The notes beneath the pieces were generated by a model that was not told the origin of the DNA, did no database searches, and saw only the letters and a program-made list of their open reading frames with translations. Shown here one piece after another: positions 8,787 to 16,924 of a DNA stretch of 64,000 nt. Source of the stretch: Bacteroidota bacterium. GTDB taxonomy: Bacteria > Bacteroidota > Bacteroidia > JABEUT01. Location: assembly GCA_013289165.1 (NCBI GenBank), contig JABDAL010000002.1:3278-67277 (forward strand). Reading direction: 5' to 3'. How positions within the stretch are numbered: position 1 is the first letter of the stretch; the number at the start of each line of letters is the position of its first letter. The position numbers and the translations under genes are program-made.

Positions 8787-10070
8787 ATGACAGCAGTTGT
8801 AGGTATATTAAACAGAAAAGCGGTAGCTATTGCAGCAGATAGTGCCGTTTCAATAGGCGGAAAAATTTATAATAATGCACTAAAAATATTTACACTATCC
8901 AAATATTATCCTATTGGGATTATGATTTATCAAAGCGCTAACTTCATGAATACTCCTTGGGAAACCATCATAAAAATGTTTAGACAGAAATTAGATGACA
9001 AGGAATTGGATACTGTTGAAGCATACCAGATAGAATTCATAAAATATTTGAAAGAAATGAATTTTTTTTCTAGTGAGCAAGATCAAAAAACTTATCTGGA
9101 AGTATTAATCTATCAACTATTAAATGTTATTAATAAAGGGGTAATTGGCAAGATGTTTCCTAAAGATTGGGATGCTAATGATAAAGCTATATTTCTTGCA
9201 CATATTGAAAAACATTTAGATGACAACTATTTTGTACATCTTAATACTTATGTTACATGTGATGATTTTACAAACTATTCGATAGATGAGTACTTACAAT
9301 ATTGTGATAGTATAATAAAATCTGTATATGAACAATACTATAATGGTGTAACTATTACAGACAATATAAAGAATAAGCTAAACAAAATGTTCTATCTTTT
9401 ACATAAAGGAAAGGAGTCTTTTTCTCCATACAGCGGACTTATCTTTGTTGGATTTGGTGAAAAGGAAATATATCCTGCCTTAGTTCCAATAATTGTATCG
9501 TTTGCCTTTGATAAAAAATTAAAATACTATGTTTGGGAACAAAGAAAAACGAATATTACTAATGATTATTTTATGCGTAGTAGTATAACTCCATTTGCGG
9601 ATACAGATGCTATGCAAACCATTTTAACAGGTATTGAACCGAAATTAGAAAAAACATACCTCGATAATTTCAAACGGTTTTTTGAAAAGTACAATGATGA
9701 TATTATTAATGTACTTGGGGCAGCAGGGACTAATGTTGCTACAAAAATAAAATCATTAGATATTTCTACATTAACTCAACAATATGAAAACAGTATGACG
9801 GCAGATAAACAAGAAAATTATATTGCCCCACTACTTGATGCTGTTGCAAATTTATCGAAAGAAGATTTAGCAGAATTGGCGGAAAGCCTTATATATTTGA
9901 CTTATTTACAAAAAAGGATTACCTTTGCAGAAGAAAATGTTGGCGGTTCAGTTGATGTTGCTATAATTTCAAAAGGAGATGGATTTGTTTGGATTAAAAG
10001 GAAACACTATTTTAAACCAGAGCTAAATCATAATTTTTTAGAAAACTATCTATATAAGCCTAAGAAATGA
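8787..10070 (+). CDS. Ntn-hydrolase (proteasome beta/HslV-like) family protein with a large insertion and an N-terminal Thr nucleophile
   Basis: Begins MTAVVGILNRKAVAIAADSAVSIGGKIYNNALK. After Met removal this gives Thr1, with Asp17 and Lys32/33 spaced as in proteasome beta subunits. The C-terminus ENVGGSVDVAIISKGDGFVW resembles the proteasome-beta SGG...v.v.itkdG strand. At 427 aa it is far longer than HslV, Anbu or BPH. Confidence 0.45.
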   Translation: MTAVVGILNRKAVAIAADSAVSIGGKIYNNALKIFTLSKYYPIGIMIYQSANFMNTPWETIIKMFRQKLDDKELDTVEAYQIEFIKYLKEMNFFSSEQDQKTYLEVLIYQLLNVINKGVIGKMFPKDWDANDKAIFLAHIEKHLDDNYFVHLNTYVTCDDFTNYSIDEYLQYCDSIIKSVYEQYYNGVTITDNIKNKLNKMFYLLHKGKESFSPYSGLIFVGFGEKEIYPALVPIIVSFAFDKKLKYYVWEQRKTNITNDYFMRSSITPFADTDAMQTILTGIEPKLEKTYLDNFKRFFEKYNDDIINVLGAAGTNVATKIKSLDISTLTQQYENSMTADKQENYIAPLLDAVANLSKEDLAELAESLIYLTYLQKRITFAEENVGGSVDVAIISKGDGFVWIKRKHYFKPELNHNFLENYLYKPKK

Positions 10071-10261
10071 AAACACAAATTAAAAAAATAGCAAATGAAG
10101 CATCCTCCATATCGAGGCTTTCATTAGATTTTTGTTCTGAATCCTATAATATTCTTGATAAAAAGGAGAAAAGCCCAGAAGAAAGAGCAGAAATAATATC
10201 AGATGCTTTAATTCAAAACATACGCAATCAGTTCAGTGTAATGGAAATTGCTAAGAAATAA
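10067..10261 (+). CDS. Small 64-aa protein translationally coupled to the Ntn-hydrolase gene
   Basis: Its ATG overlaps the upstream stop codon (AAATGA). The protein is acidic and helical-looking with no recognisable motif. Confidence 0.35.
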   Translation: MKTQIKKIANEASSISRLSLDFCSESYNILDKKEKSPEERAEIISDALIQNIRNQFSVMEIAKK

Positions 10262-10278
10262 ACTGATTCTTCCTCTTT

Positions 10279-11421
10279 TCAGCAGGCAACTTTCCCGTTA
10301 TAGTAGTAATTTTTACATTTCCCGAAGTTTGACCGACCATTTTCCTGTAAGAACTGCCCATAGGCAATCTCCAGTTCCCGATATTTCCCCAGGCCTTTGT
10401 TGTCATTGACAACCCTTTCGCAAATGGTATCTGCCAAATCAAATTGTATTTTGGTATCCAGTTCCATTTTTCGATTTACAAACTGCTTGATTTGGTGGAT
10501 ATATGCGAACCAGTTTGCATAATTGCCAATATATTTTGTTGAAATACCCCTGTGGTACTCATTTACAAAGCTCTTGAAATTGTGTATATAGGCATTGGCA
10601 CTTTGCACGTGCACAGTTTTATCCATCCAATCCCTATGGTAAGTTCTGGCTTTAAAGGCTTTATAAGAGATGTTGTTATCCTCAAAAAAGGCTCTGTAGG
10701 ATGTGTGCTTATCGCAACGGACCTCTATGTCTTTAAACTTTCCAGGTATGTTAAAATACTTGTCCAAATGAACTTTTCGAACTCTGCCAATATTACTTAT
10801 ATGAAAATCCAGTTTTTTGGAATTTCGTCCGTATGTAACCAGTACCTTCGTATTATAAGGTGATTCTCCAACGGCCACTTTCCGTCTCCATTTCCTGTAC
10901 CCGTTTTTATTTGTGATGCCCATGTCCTGCCTGCCTTTTCTACTGAGCATCAAATTGCAATCGTCAAATTCTATTACCTCATTCTCAAATGTTATATTTT
11001 GATTGCTGGTTAAAGCTGAAAGTAGTTTATGCCTCCAGTTAAAGGCCGTTTGTTCGGTTATGCCTATTCGTTTTTTTACTTCTTTTAGGGATGAGAAATT
11101 TAAGCTCATGAAGTCTTCTACAAACAGATTCCATTTGTTAAGCTTCTGAATATTGCTTAAAACCGTGTTTGTTCGGTAAGTGAAACTTTTCTTGCAGGTA
11201 CGGCAGATATATCTATGATGGCCGTTCCTGATGCCATTTTTAACAATTTTACCTGAGCCACAATGCCTGCAAGCAGTAACATCGGCATGCTCGTCAAATA
11301 TTGAATAACTGCTTCTTAAATACTCGATTAAATCTTGCTTTTCCTTGACGGATAGGGTGTTAACCCTCTTTTTTAAACTCTGAATGTCCACTTTTTTACT
11401 CTTTTTCGTTTCTTTCATCAA
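10279..11421 (-). CDS. IS1595-family (ISXO2-like) transposase with an N-terminal zinc ribbon
   Basis: CRHCGSGKIVKNGIRNGHHRYICRTCKKSF zinc ribbon followed by a DDE-like domain. It is unrelated in sequence to the 4859-5782 transposase. Confidence 0.7.
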   Translation of the reverse strand: MMKETKKSKKVDIQSLKKRVNTLSVKEKQDLIEYLRSSYSIFDEHADVTACRHCGSGKIVKNGIRNGHHRYICRTCKKSFTYRTNTVLSNIQKLNKWNLFVEDFMSLNFSSLKEVKKRIGITEQTAFNWRHKLLSALTSNQNITFENEVIEFDDCNLMLSRKGRQDMGITNKNGYRKWRRKVAVGESPYNTKVLVTYGRNSKKLDFHISNIGRVRKVHLDKYFNIPGKFKDIEVRCDKHTSYRAFFEDNNISYKAFKARTYHRDWMDKTVHVQSANAYIHNFKSFVNEYHRGISTKYIGNYANWFAYIHQIKQFVNRKMELDTKIQFDLADTICERVVNDNKGLGKYRELEIAYGQFLQENGRSNFGKCKNYYYNGKVAC

Positions 11422-11593
11422 ATCCGCTTTCTTTTATAGACGCAAATATAATAAAAATACTTTACAACTACCTCGATATCTTCAGATTATATCAAAATAT
11501 TTATCCCTCAGCTATTTATACCACCCATCAACCAATGTCTAGAGTAGAGCCAAAAATTACATTAAGTGACTGGTTTTATGAGCCTAATATCTT

Positions 11594-11640
11594 TACGTCA
11601 CATTGCCCGTTTCGTGAAAAACCGTGACATAACCGCTTTT
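11594..11640. repeat. Terminal-repeat-like block containing ccgtgacataaccg
   Basis: tacgtcacattgcccgtttcgtgaaaaaccgtgacataaccgc is about 90% identical to the reverse complement of 48236-48280. Confidence 0.6.
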
Positions 11641-11717
11641 CAATTTATTTGGATTTTGTTAATTTTTTCGTAAAAAATCCTGCCAGAATATACCATTTGG
11701 TACAGGGCAGATTTGTG

Positions 11718-12761
11718 CTACTTACTTTCCATTGGAAGGGACCACCTGGCAATATTGGAAGCAATTTTGCCCCCTGCAATCATAAATTGCCCTCCTACAT
11801 AAAGTTCGTTTTTATATACGGCTATAGAGCTCACAGTTCCGGTATTTATCTTGCAATCGCCGGCCCAGTATATCACTCCACCCATACAATTCCAGGAACG
11901 GGAACTGTTTTCGTAATTCGTAATATGAAATACGTTGTCAATTCTCGGGACAGAGGTGAAATCACCCCCTACAAACAAGCCTGTATTATAAACTGCCATA
12001 GCATAAGCTCCCCCATTAAAGGGCCCCACCGGCGACCATCCATGAGTATCCCACTTCACCAGGTAATTGAATTCTCCACAGGCGTACAGTTCATCAAAAT
12101 AATTTACAAAGCACTTTACCCAGCCACTTTTGTATTGCTGCCCGGTATTGGTCACATCTTCCCATAGTTTACCTGTCCACCTTTCCACCGAGGAAAACTG
12201 CCCCCCGGCATAAAGCATTTCCCTGTACACAATAAGAGCCCATACATTATCGGGTAAACCCCTCCCCACCTTTGACCATCCCGATGTATCGCTATATCGT
12301 ACTATATGCTTTGCAGTAAGCGTATCGGCTCGTGTAAACGATCCGCCTATATACAATTGGCCTTTCATTACATACAATGCATTGATTCTTCCATTCGTAG
12401 AACCGATATATTTCCATAGTGTATCATTCCAGCACAACAGGTTGTATGATTTACCTGCACCAACTCCAATTTCTGTTCCGGCATAAAGCTTACCATTAAA
12501 CTCCGCCATAGTGGTAATATTTCCCTGGAGGTTGGAATCGGGAACAGTCCACGACTTACCATCCCAGCATGCTGTATGAGTAGCTCTTTTTCCCACACTA
12601 TCCATGCCGCCCATATAAAGCTTATCATGAAAAACATACATGGGGGTAAAATTCCCTTTGGCTCCCAACCCTACAGTGGACCATATTTGAGACGAGCAGT
12701 AATACGGTGAGAGGAAACCGCATAACAGTGCCAGTATTAGTACTTTATCTTTTAACATGTA
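11718..12761 (-). CDS. Secreted Kelch-like beta-propeller repeat protein
   Basis: Signal peptide (MLKDKVLILALLCGFLS) followed by at least 6 repeats of the form G..Y.GG.F. A start at 12761 (ATG, MLKDK) removes the overlap with the next gene. The ORF track extends to 12857. Confidence 0.55.
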   Translation of the reverse strand, partial: YMLKDKVLILALLCGFLSPYYCSSQIWSTVGLGAKGNFTPMYVFHDKLYMGGMDSVGKRATHTACWDGKSWTVPDSNLQGNITTMAEFNGKLYAGTEIGVGAGKSYNLLCWNDTLWKYIGSTNGRINALYVMKGQLYIGGSFTRADTLTAKHIVRYSDTSGWSKVGRGLPDNVWALIVYREMLYAGGQFSSVERWTGKLWEDVTNTGQQYKSGWVKCFVNYFDELYACGEFNYLVKWDTHGWSPVGPFNGGAYAMAVYNTGLFVGGDFTSVPRIDNVFHITNYENSSRSWNCMGGVIYWAGDCKINTGTVSSIAVYKNELYVGGQFMIAGGKIASNIARWSLPMESK

Positions 12762-12823
12762 TGTTGGAATTGCGTGAGGCAAATATATGGTAATTGTTCT
12801 GCTTACAACGCAAATGCTCTTGT

Positions 12824-13705
12824 TCAAATGTGTAGGGAAACAACTATTAATACCCATTGAACTAGCATGGCCCCATCATACAAAAGTGGATACATAAGAG
12901 CAGGCTTCCCGGCCTTTCCCAATGGCAGAATAGCAGCAGTAAGAATACAGGAAATGAAAAGCGCAAAGGCTATATGAGTATTCAAACCAAAATACAGTAG
13001 CTGAATAACTAAAAGAACTACAAAAAATAACAATAAAATAATAGAAAGGTAGATGGATTTTTTTTCGCCCAGCCGGACAGGTATTGTATATACCCCCCTC
13101 CGCTCATCGAAAGCCCTGTCCCTTATGTCGAAAGGAATACATAACACAAAAATAAAAAGGAATCCCCTAAAGAATATAAATAGCACTTCTGGCTTTATTA
13201 CAGAAGAAACTGATTCGGCATATACAACAGGTAGAAAAGTAGTAAGCCATGAAAAAGCCAGGGCTATCCAAACGGGTTTTAACCAATAAATATCCCTCAA
13301 GCGTTTCCAGCCACCCCTTGCAGGAACAATAGGATATGTATATCCCAGGCCAACAATTCCGGCAGGTACAAATACAAGCCACATCCTTGGTGGCATGAAA
13401 AATAATTGCACACACAACAGAGCTACGGAAACAGGTATCAGGGTATGGTAAACACTCTTATGCAGGCTCATCCAGTTGTTCCTTTCCTCCGCATTTTCAT
13501 AAAGAGTAAGGAACTTCTTTTTATTTATGCGATGAAAGCAATACAAGAGAAGAGTCGCACAAAAAACAATACCATTAACACTTAAACTGCCATTACTTCC
13601 ATACAACAATAAAGAGGTTTTAGCAGTATATGCCGCGGCACACAAAGCAATAAAAAGATTGGAATAAACAATAAAACGAATTGCAGCGGCAATCGTCCTC
13701 ATCAA
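12824..13705 (-). CDS. UbiA-family prenyltransferase-like polytopic membrane protein
   Basis: Eight to nine TM helices. FDIRDRAFDERRGVYTIPVRLG matches the second Asp-rich motif of UbiA-family enzymes (D..D...D...G..T.PV.LG). Confidence 0.5.
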   Translation of the reverse strand: MMRTIAAAIRFIVYSNLFIALCAAAYTAKTSLLLYGSNGSLSVNGIVFCATLLLYCFHRINKKKFLTLYENAEERNNWMSLHKSVYHTLIPVSVALLCVQLFFMPPRMWLVFVPAGIVGLGYTYPIVPARGGWKRLRDIYWLKPVWIALAFSWLTTFLPVVYAESVSSVIKPEVLFIFFRGFLFIFVLCIPFDIRDRAFDERRGVYTIPVRLGEKKSIYLSIILLLFFVVLLVIQLLYFGLNTHIAFALFISCILTAAILPLGKAGKPALMYPLLYDGAMLVQWVLIVVSLHI

Positions 13706-14004
13706 TTTGAAAATATAAGGACAGCCATCTTTATAAAATAATTTATAAAGACTATGCTTAGGGTAAATAGAGCAGAGAAATTAAAAAACTCAGGTTTTAT
13801 AAGGCTTTTCCGGGTGCAATAAATACTTGCCATGCATATAAAAAGCATACATGGAATAAGAGGTGGATACATTTTAAAACTATCCATAAACCGGCCCTGG
13901 AGCAACAGGATAAAAGCCCTTTGAAAGCCACAAATAGGACAATCAATACCCAATAAGGTTTTATAGGCACAAGGTAACATATGGTTTTCAAGCCAGGTAA
14001 TCAT
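13702..14004 (-). CDS. DUF2752-like small membrane protein (CPxCG zinc-ribbon)
   Basis: PCAYKTLLGIDCPICGFQRA matches the DUF2752 signature. Its ATGA start overlaps the upstream gene. Confidence 0.55.
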   Translation of the reverse strand: MITWLENHMLPCAYKTLLGIDCPICGFQRAFILLLQGRFMDSFKMYPPLIPCMLFICMASIYCTRKSLIKPEFFNFSALFTLSIVFINYFIKMAVLIFSN

Positions 14005-14036
14005 ATAGGCTTTATTCCATTAAAGTGACAGAAGAA

Positions 14037-14348
14037 TTATTGATTTACAAAAGTATGTAAAGAGAACAAAGTTCCTCCCATAATAGCGCCCCAAATCATC
14101 AAAAAGAAAGCCCAGAATCCGCCAATTACAACTCCAATTATGGATGTCACAAACCCTGCATTTAAAACGCTCCATCCTTCATATAGAGAAGGGTTCTCCC
14201 GGTACATTCGCCTGCCCGGGGCAGCCAATGCCAGGCCAATAATCCCCAATACTAGGCCAATCCCATAACAATTCACAACGATCGAGCAAATTCCTAATAC
14301 GAGTACTGCCGTTGCATTAGGTAATTGTTGTTTTTGTTCCATATTCAT
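14037..14348 (-). CDS. CCC-motif (DUF4190-like) small membrane protein
   Basis: Two glycine-rich TM helices (LVLGICSIVVNCYGIGLVLGIIGLALA). These commonly pair with DUF2752 genes in Bacteroidota. Confidence 0.5.
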   Translation of the reverse strand: MNMEQKQQLPNATAVLVLGICSIVVNCYGIGLVLGIIGLALAAPGRRMYRENPSLYEGWSVLNAGFVTSIIGVVIGGFWAFFLMIWGAIMGGTLFSLHTFVNQ

Positions 14349-14404
14349 ATCCTGTTTATTGTTGCAAATGTAATATCTTTTCAGTACGAAAATTTGCTTC
14401 CTGG

Positions 14405-14872
14405 CTAAGGATAATTAATAGCGTCCAGTACGGTAAAAGATTTTATTATAAAGAAATACTGCTTGTGTTTTTTCTGGTACGAAATCATTCCCGCCCCCTG
14501 AAAATGCCTTGCATATTTCGATTTGGGTGCAGCAGGTTCATTTGGCGACCTACTGCGCATCTCGTCATGTGCCTCAGTAGCCGAAATGCTGTACTTGATT
14601 CGATGGGTTACAGAATCAACAGTACGTTTACACTCATTATTAGGTGTTGAAAAACTTAATGGGTACACGTTATCATTTATCCACATTGTATCTGGCACAA
14701 TAGTATGCAAACTCGTTTCGAGTTCAATATCATAATCAGCCCCGTAATGCCCTGCTACCCCACCCGACCAAGGTTGTTTGGTAGCCTTGAGAACCTTAAA
14801 CGTTTGAGCATGTATCATACCCCCATTTAAAATAGCCATAAAAAATAGAACCACCTTGAAATTTTTCATCAT
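14405..14872 (-). CDS. Hypothetical secreted protein
   Basis: Signal peptide and a 155-aa length. Confidence 0.4.
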   Translation of the reverse strand: MMKNFKVVLFFMAILNGGMIHAQTFKVLKATKQPWSGGVAGHYGADYDIELETSLHTIVPDTMWINDNVYPLSFSTPNNECKRTVDSVTHRIKYSISATEAHDEMRSRSPNEPAAPKSKYARHFQGAGMISYQKKHKQYFFIIKSFTVLDAINYP

Positions 14873-14873
14873 T

Positions 14874-16085
14874 TTAATTTTTAGATGGACTTACTTCTGC
14901 CAATTTATATTCTCCATTTTCAAAGGTATAATAAAGATCCACGGCAAGTACCTTACCAGCTGGCGTAGCTTTAAAACTTATTACCATTATCCCTTTCCCA
15001 TGATACTCTGTAAAGCTTTGGAAAGAAGGAGCATATTTATCCAAATATCCAAGTGAATCAATGGTAGTAAATATTTTAACTGCCTCCTTATAGCTTATAT
15101 TCGATTGAAGCATGGATGAACTGGATGTATAAATTTCGTGGAATTTTTTTTGCTTTAACAGTTTCCAAAAATCCCCCGTTAATTCTTTAAAAAATGGCAC
15201 CTTATAGGCACTGTCTGAACTAATGGTGAGTGATAGCAAAGGATTATCGGCCTGCGGCAAAGTAGAAATATGTATAAAGGAACTGCCCTTCACTTTTTCA
15301 AAAGTAGCATTGACAACGTACGTATGCGCGCGAAAAGTATTGTTAATGTTGTACCCATCCTGCATTTCTACAGTTTGAAATGATTTTAATTTACCAAACA
15401 CATTTTGTACATATCGGCTATAGTCATTCCAAAGCGTGTCGGAAGAACGCGCATGAAAAAATGCAGAACCCACATTCAATGCAGGTCTTATGTCACCATT
15501 CTTAAACAAGGAAATCATGTAATCTATAAATTGTATTTCCCCCGAATCGCTTACCATATTAATGAAATAGGGAACATTCCAATAGTATTTCCGTATTGGT
15601 TTTCCATACAATTCTTTGATCTCTGCCGTATCAAAATATAAATTGGTATCTGCATCAATAATGTATTGCCAGGCCAGTTTATCAGGTAATGGAGTGAGGT
15701 GTTGGTAAGAAACAGTTCTCTTTGATTTTACCTGGTACCTTATCCCAGCCAAATTGCAAGAATCCATAGTATAAAATAAAGAATCCGGATAAATAGCTAT
15801 TGAATCTGCTGACTTTACAGACCTATCTTGACAAACACGATTATTAAATATCAAAACAAATGTACATTCGTTTATCCAGCATGTTTTATATATTCTGCAT
15901 TCGTGTTTTTTCAAATCCGCTTCAATCCAGTATTCCAAACCGCGGTATATAATAACACTATCAGCAGGACTATCTTTGAAAAAAGTTCCGCCCATAAAAT
16001 TTTTACAACCAGGTTTTATTAATCGTGCAGAAATTTGCTGCAGGGGCAGCAAAAGAAGGAGAAACAGTAAAAAATTCTTGTACAT
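14874..16085 (-). CDS. Hypothetical secreted protein (403 aa)
   Basis: Signal peptide, then a long ORF with coding-like composition. Confidence 0.45.
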   Translation of the reverse strand: MYKNFLLFLLLLLPLQQISARLIKPGCKNFMGGTFFKDSPADSVIIYRGLEYWIEADLKKHECRIYKTCWINECTFVLIFNNRVCQDRSVKSADSIAIYPDSLFYTMDSCNLAGIRYQVKSKRTVSYQHLTPLPDKLAWQYIIDADTNLYFDTAEIKELYGKPIRKYYWNVPYFINMVSDSGEIQFIDYMISLFKNGDIRPALNVGSAFFHARSSDTLWNDYSRYVQNVFGKLKSFQTVEMQDGYNINNTFRAHTYVVNATFEKVKGSSFIHISTLPQADNPLLSLTISSDSAYKVPFFKELTGDFWKLLKQKKFHEIYTSSSSMLQSNISYKEAVKIFTTIDSLGYLDKYAPSFQSFTEYHGKGIMVISFKATPAGKVLAVDLYYTFENGEYKLAEVSPSKN

Positions 16086-16179
16086 TTAACATTAATATAA
16101 GTGCTAAAATACTCGATTTAAGGTTTCTTAACAATACCAGAACTTATTCACCATTAAATTTGCACTCATTACTAAAGGT

Positions 16180-16908
16180 TTGAAAAGAAAGGCATTTTAT
16201 ATTTTCTGGAATCTATTTGTTATTTCGGGAGTAGGTTACGCCCAGCAGCAAGGTATTACCATCAAAGGAAATGCAGTTAATTCAAAAGGATTAGGAGGGC
16301 TCTATCAAGTGGTAGTTATAAACCAACGTACATCTACGGGTTTGCTTGCCCAGCCAAATGGGCATTTCACTTTGACTGCATTAAAAACAGATACCATATT
16401 AGTAAGCGCTTCGGGTTTTGGTGTAAAAAGGATATGTTTTAAAGATTCTGTTCCAAAAAGTGAATTCACTGTTACGGTAATTCTTGATAGCATTCATTAT
16501 ACCCTGGCAGAAGTAAAGGTTTACCCCGGCAAGAATTTAAGGGAGATAAACAAAGAACGAAGCACATTGGGTGATATACCTAATACCGACACCTACAAGT
16601 CCCCCACTCTGCTAAATCCAATTACACTTTTGTATGAACGATTCAGCCGGCTTGAGCAATCTAAAAGAAAGGTGGCACAATTAGAAGACGAAGAAAAGAG
16701 AAGAGATGTACTGAAAGACTTATTTCATATTTATATAAAGCATGATATCATCAACCTGAGTGAGGCGGAATTTGACAAATTCATAGACTTCTGCGACCTT
16801 TCTGATGACTTTATAAAAAACTCTACCGATTATGATTTGGTTATGACTATCAAATACAGGTACGAAGAGTTTGAAAAGTCGAAAGACTATGTTTCACCCA
16901 ATAAGTAG
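16180..16908 (+). CDS. Hypothetical protein with a carboxypeptidase-regulatory-like N-terminal domain
   Basis: Signal peptide followed by a GITIKGNAVNSKG...GHFTLTAL beta-sandwich-like motif. Confidence 0.4.
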   Translation: MKRKAFYIFWNLFVISGVGYAQQQGITIKGNAVNSKGLGGLYQVVVINQRTSTGLLAQPNGHFTLTALKTDTILVSASGFGVKRICFKDSVPKSEFTVTVILDSIHYTLAEVKVYPGKNLREINKERSTLGDIPNTDTYKSPTLLNPITLLYERFSRLEQSKRKVAQLEDEEKRRDVLKDLFHIYIKHDIINLSEAEFDKFIDFCDLSDDFIKNSTDYDLVMTIKYRYEEFEKSKDYVSPNK

Positions 16909-16924
16909 CAATAAAAATCCGGAC

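Larger units (their letters stand above)
10262..11640 (-). mobile_element. Second IS1595-family-like insertion sequence (boundaries approximate)
   Basis: Transposase ORF plus a 43-nt terminal-repeat-like block at 11594-11640 that recurs at 48236-48280. The opposite end near 10262-10325 is at best a degenerate inverted copy. Confidence 0.4.

Noticed and set aside
10294-10324. Possible second terminal repeat of the 10279-11421 IS, inside the transposase 3' end
   Set aside because: cccgttatagtagtaatttttacatttcccg shows only about 50% similarity to the 11594-11640 block. It may be a degenerate end but cannot be asserted.
11649-12167. 172-aa ORF on the plus strand overlapping the Kelch-like gene
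   Set aside because: It is antisense to a long ORF that has a coherent repeat structure, and its translation has no motifs.
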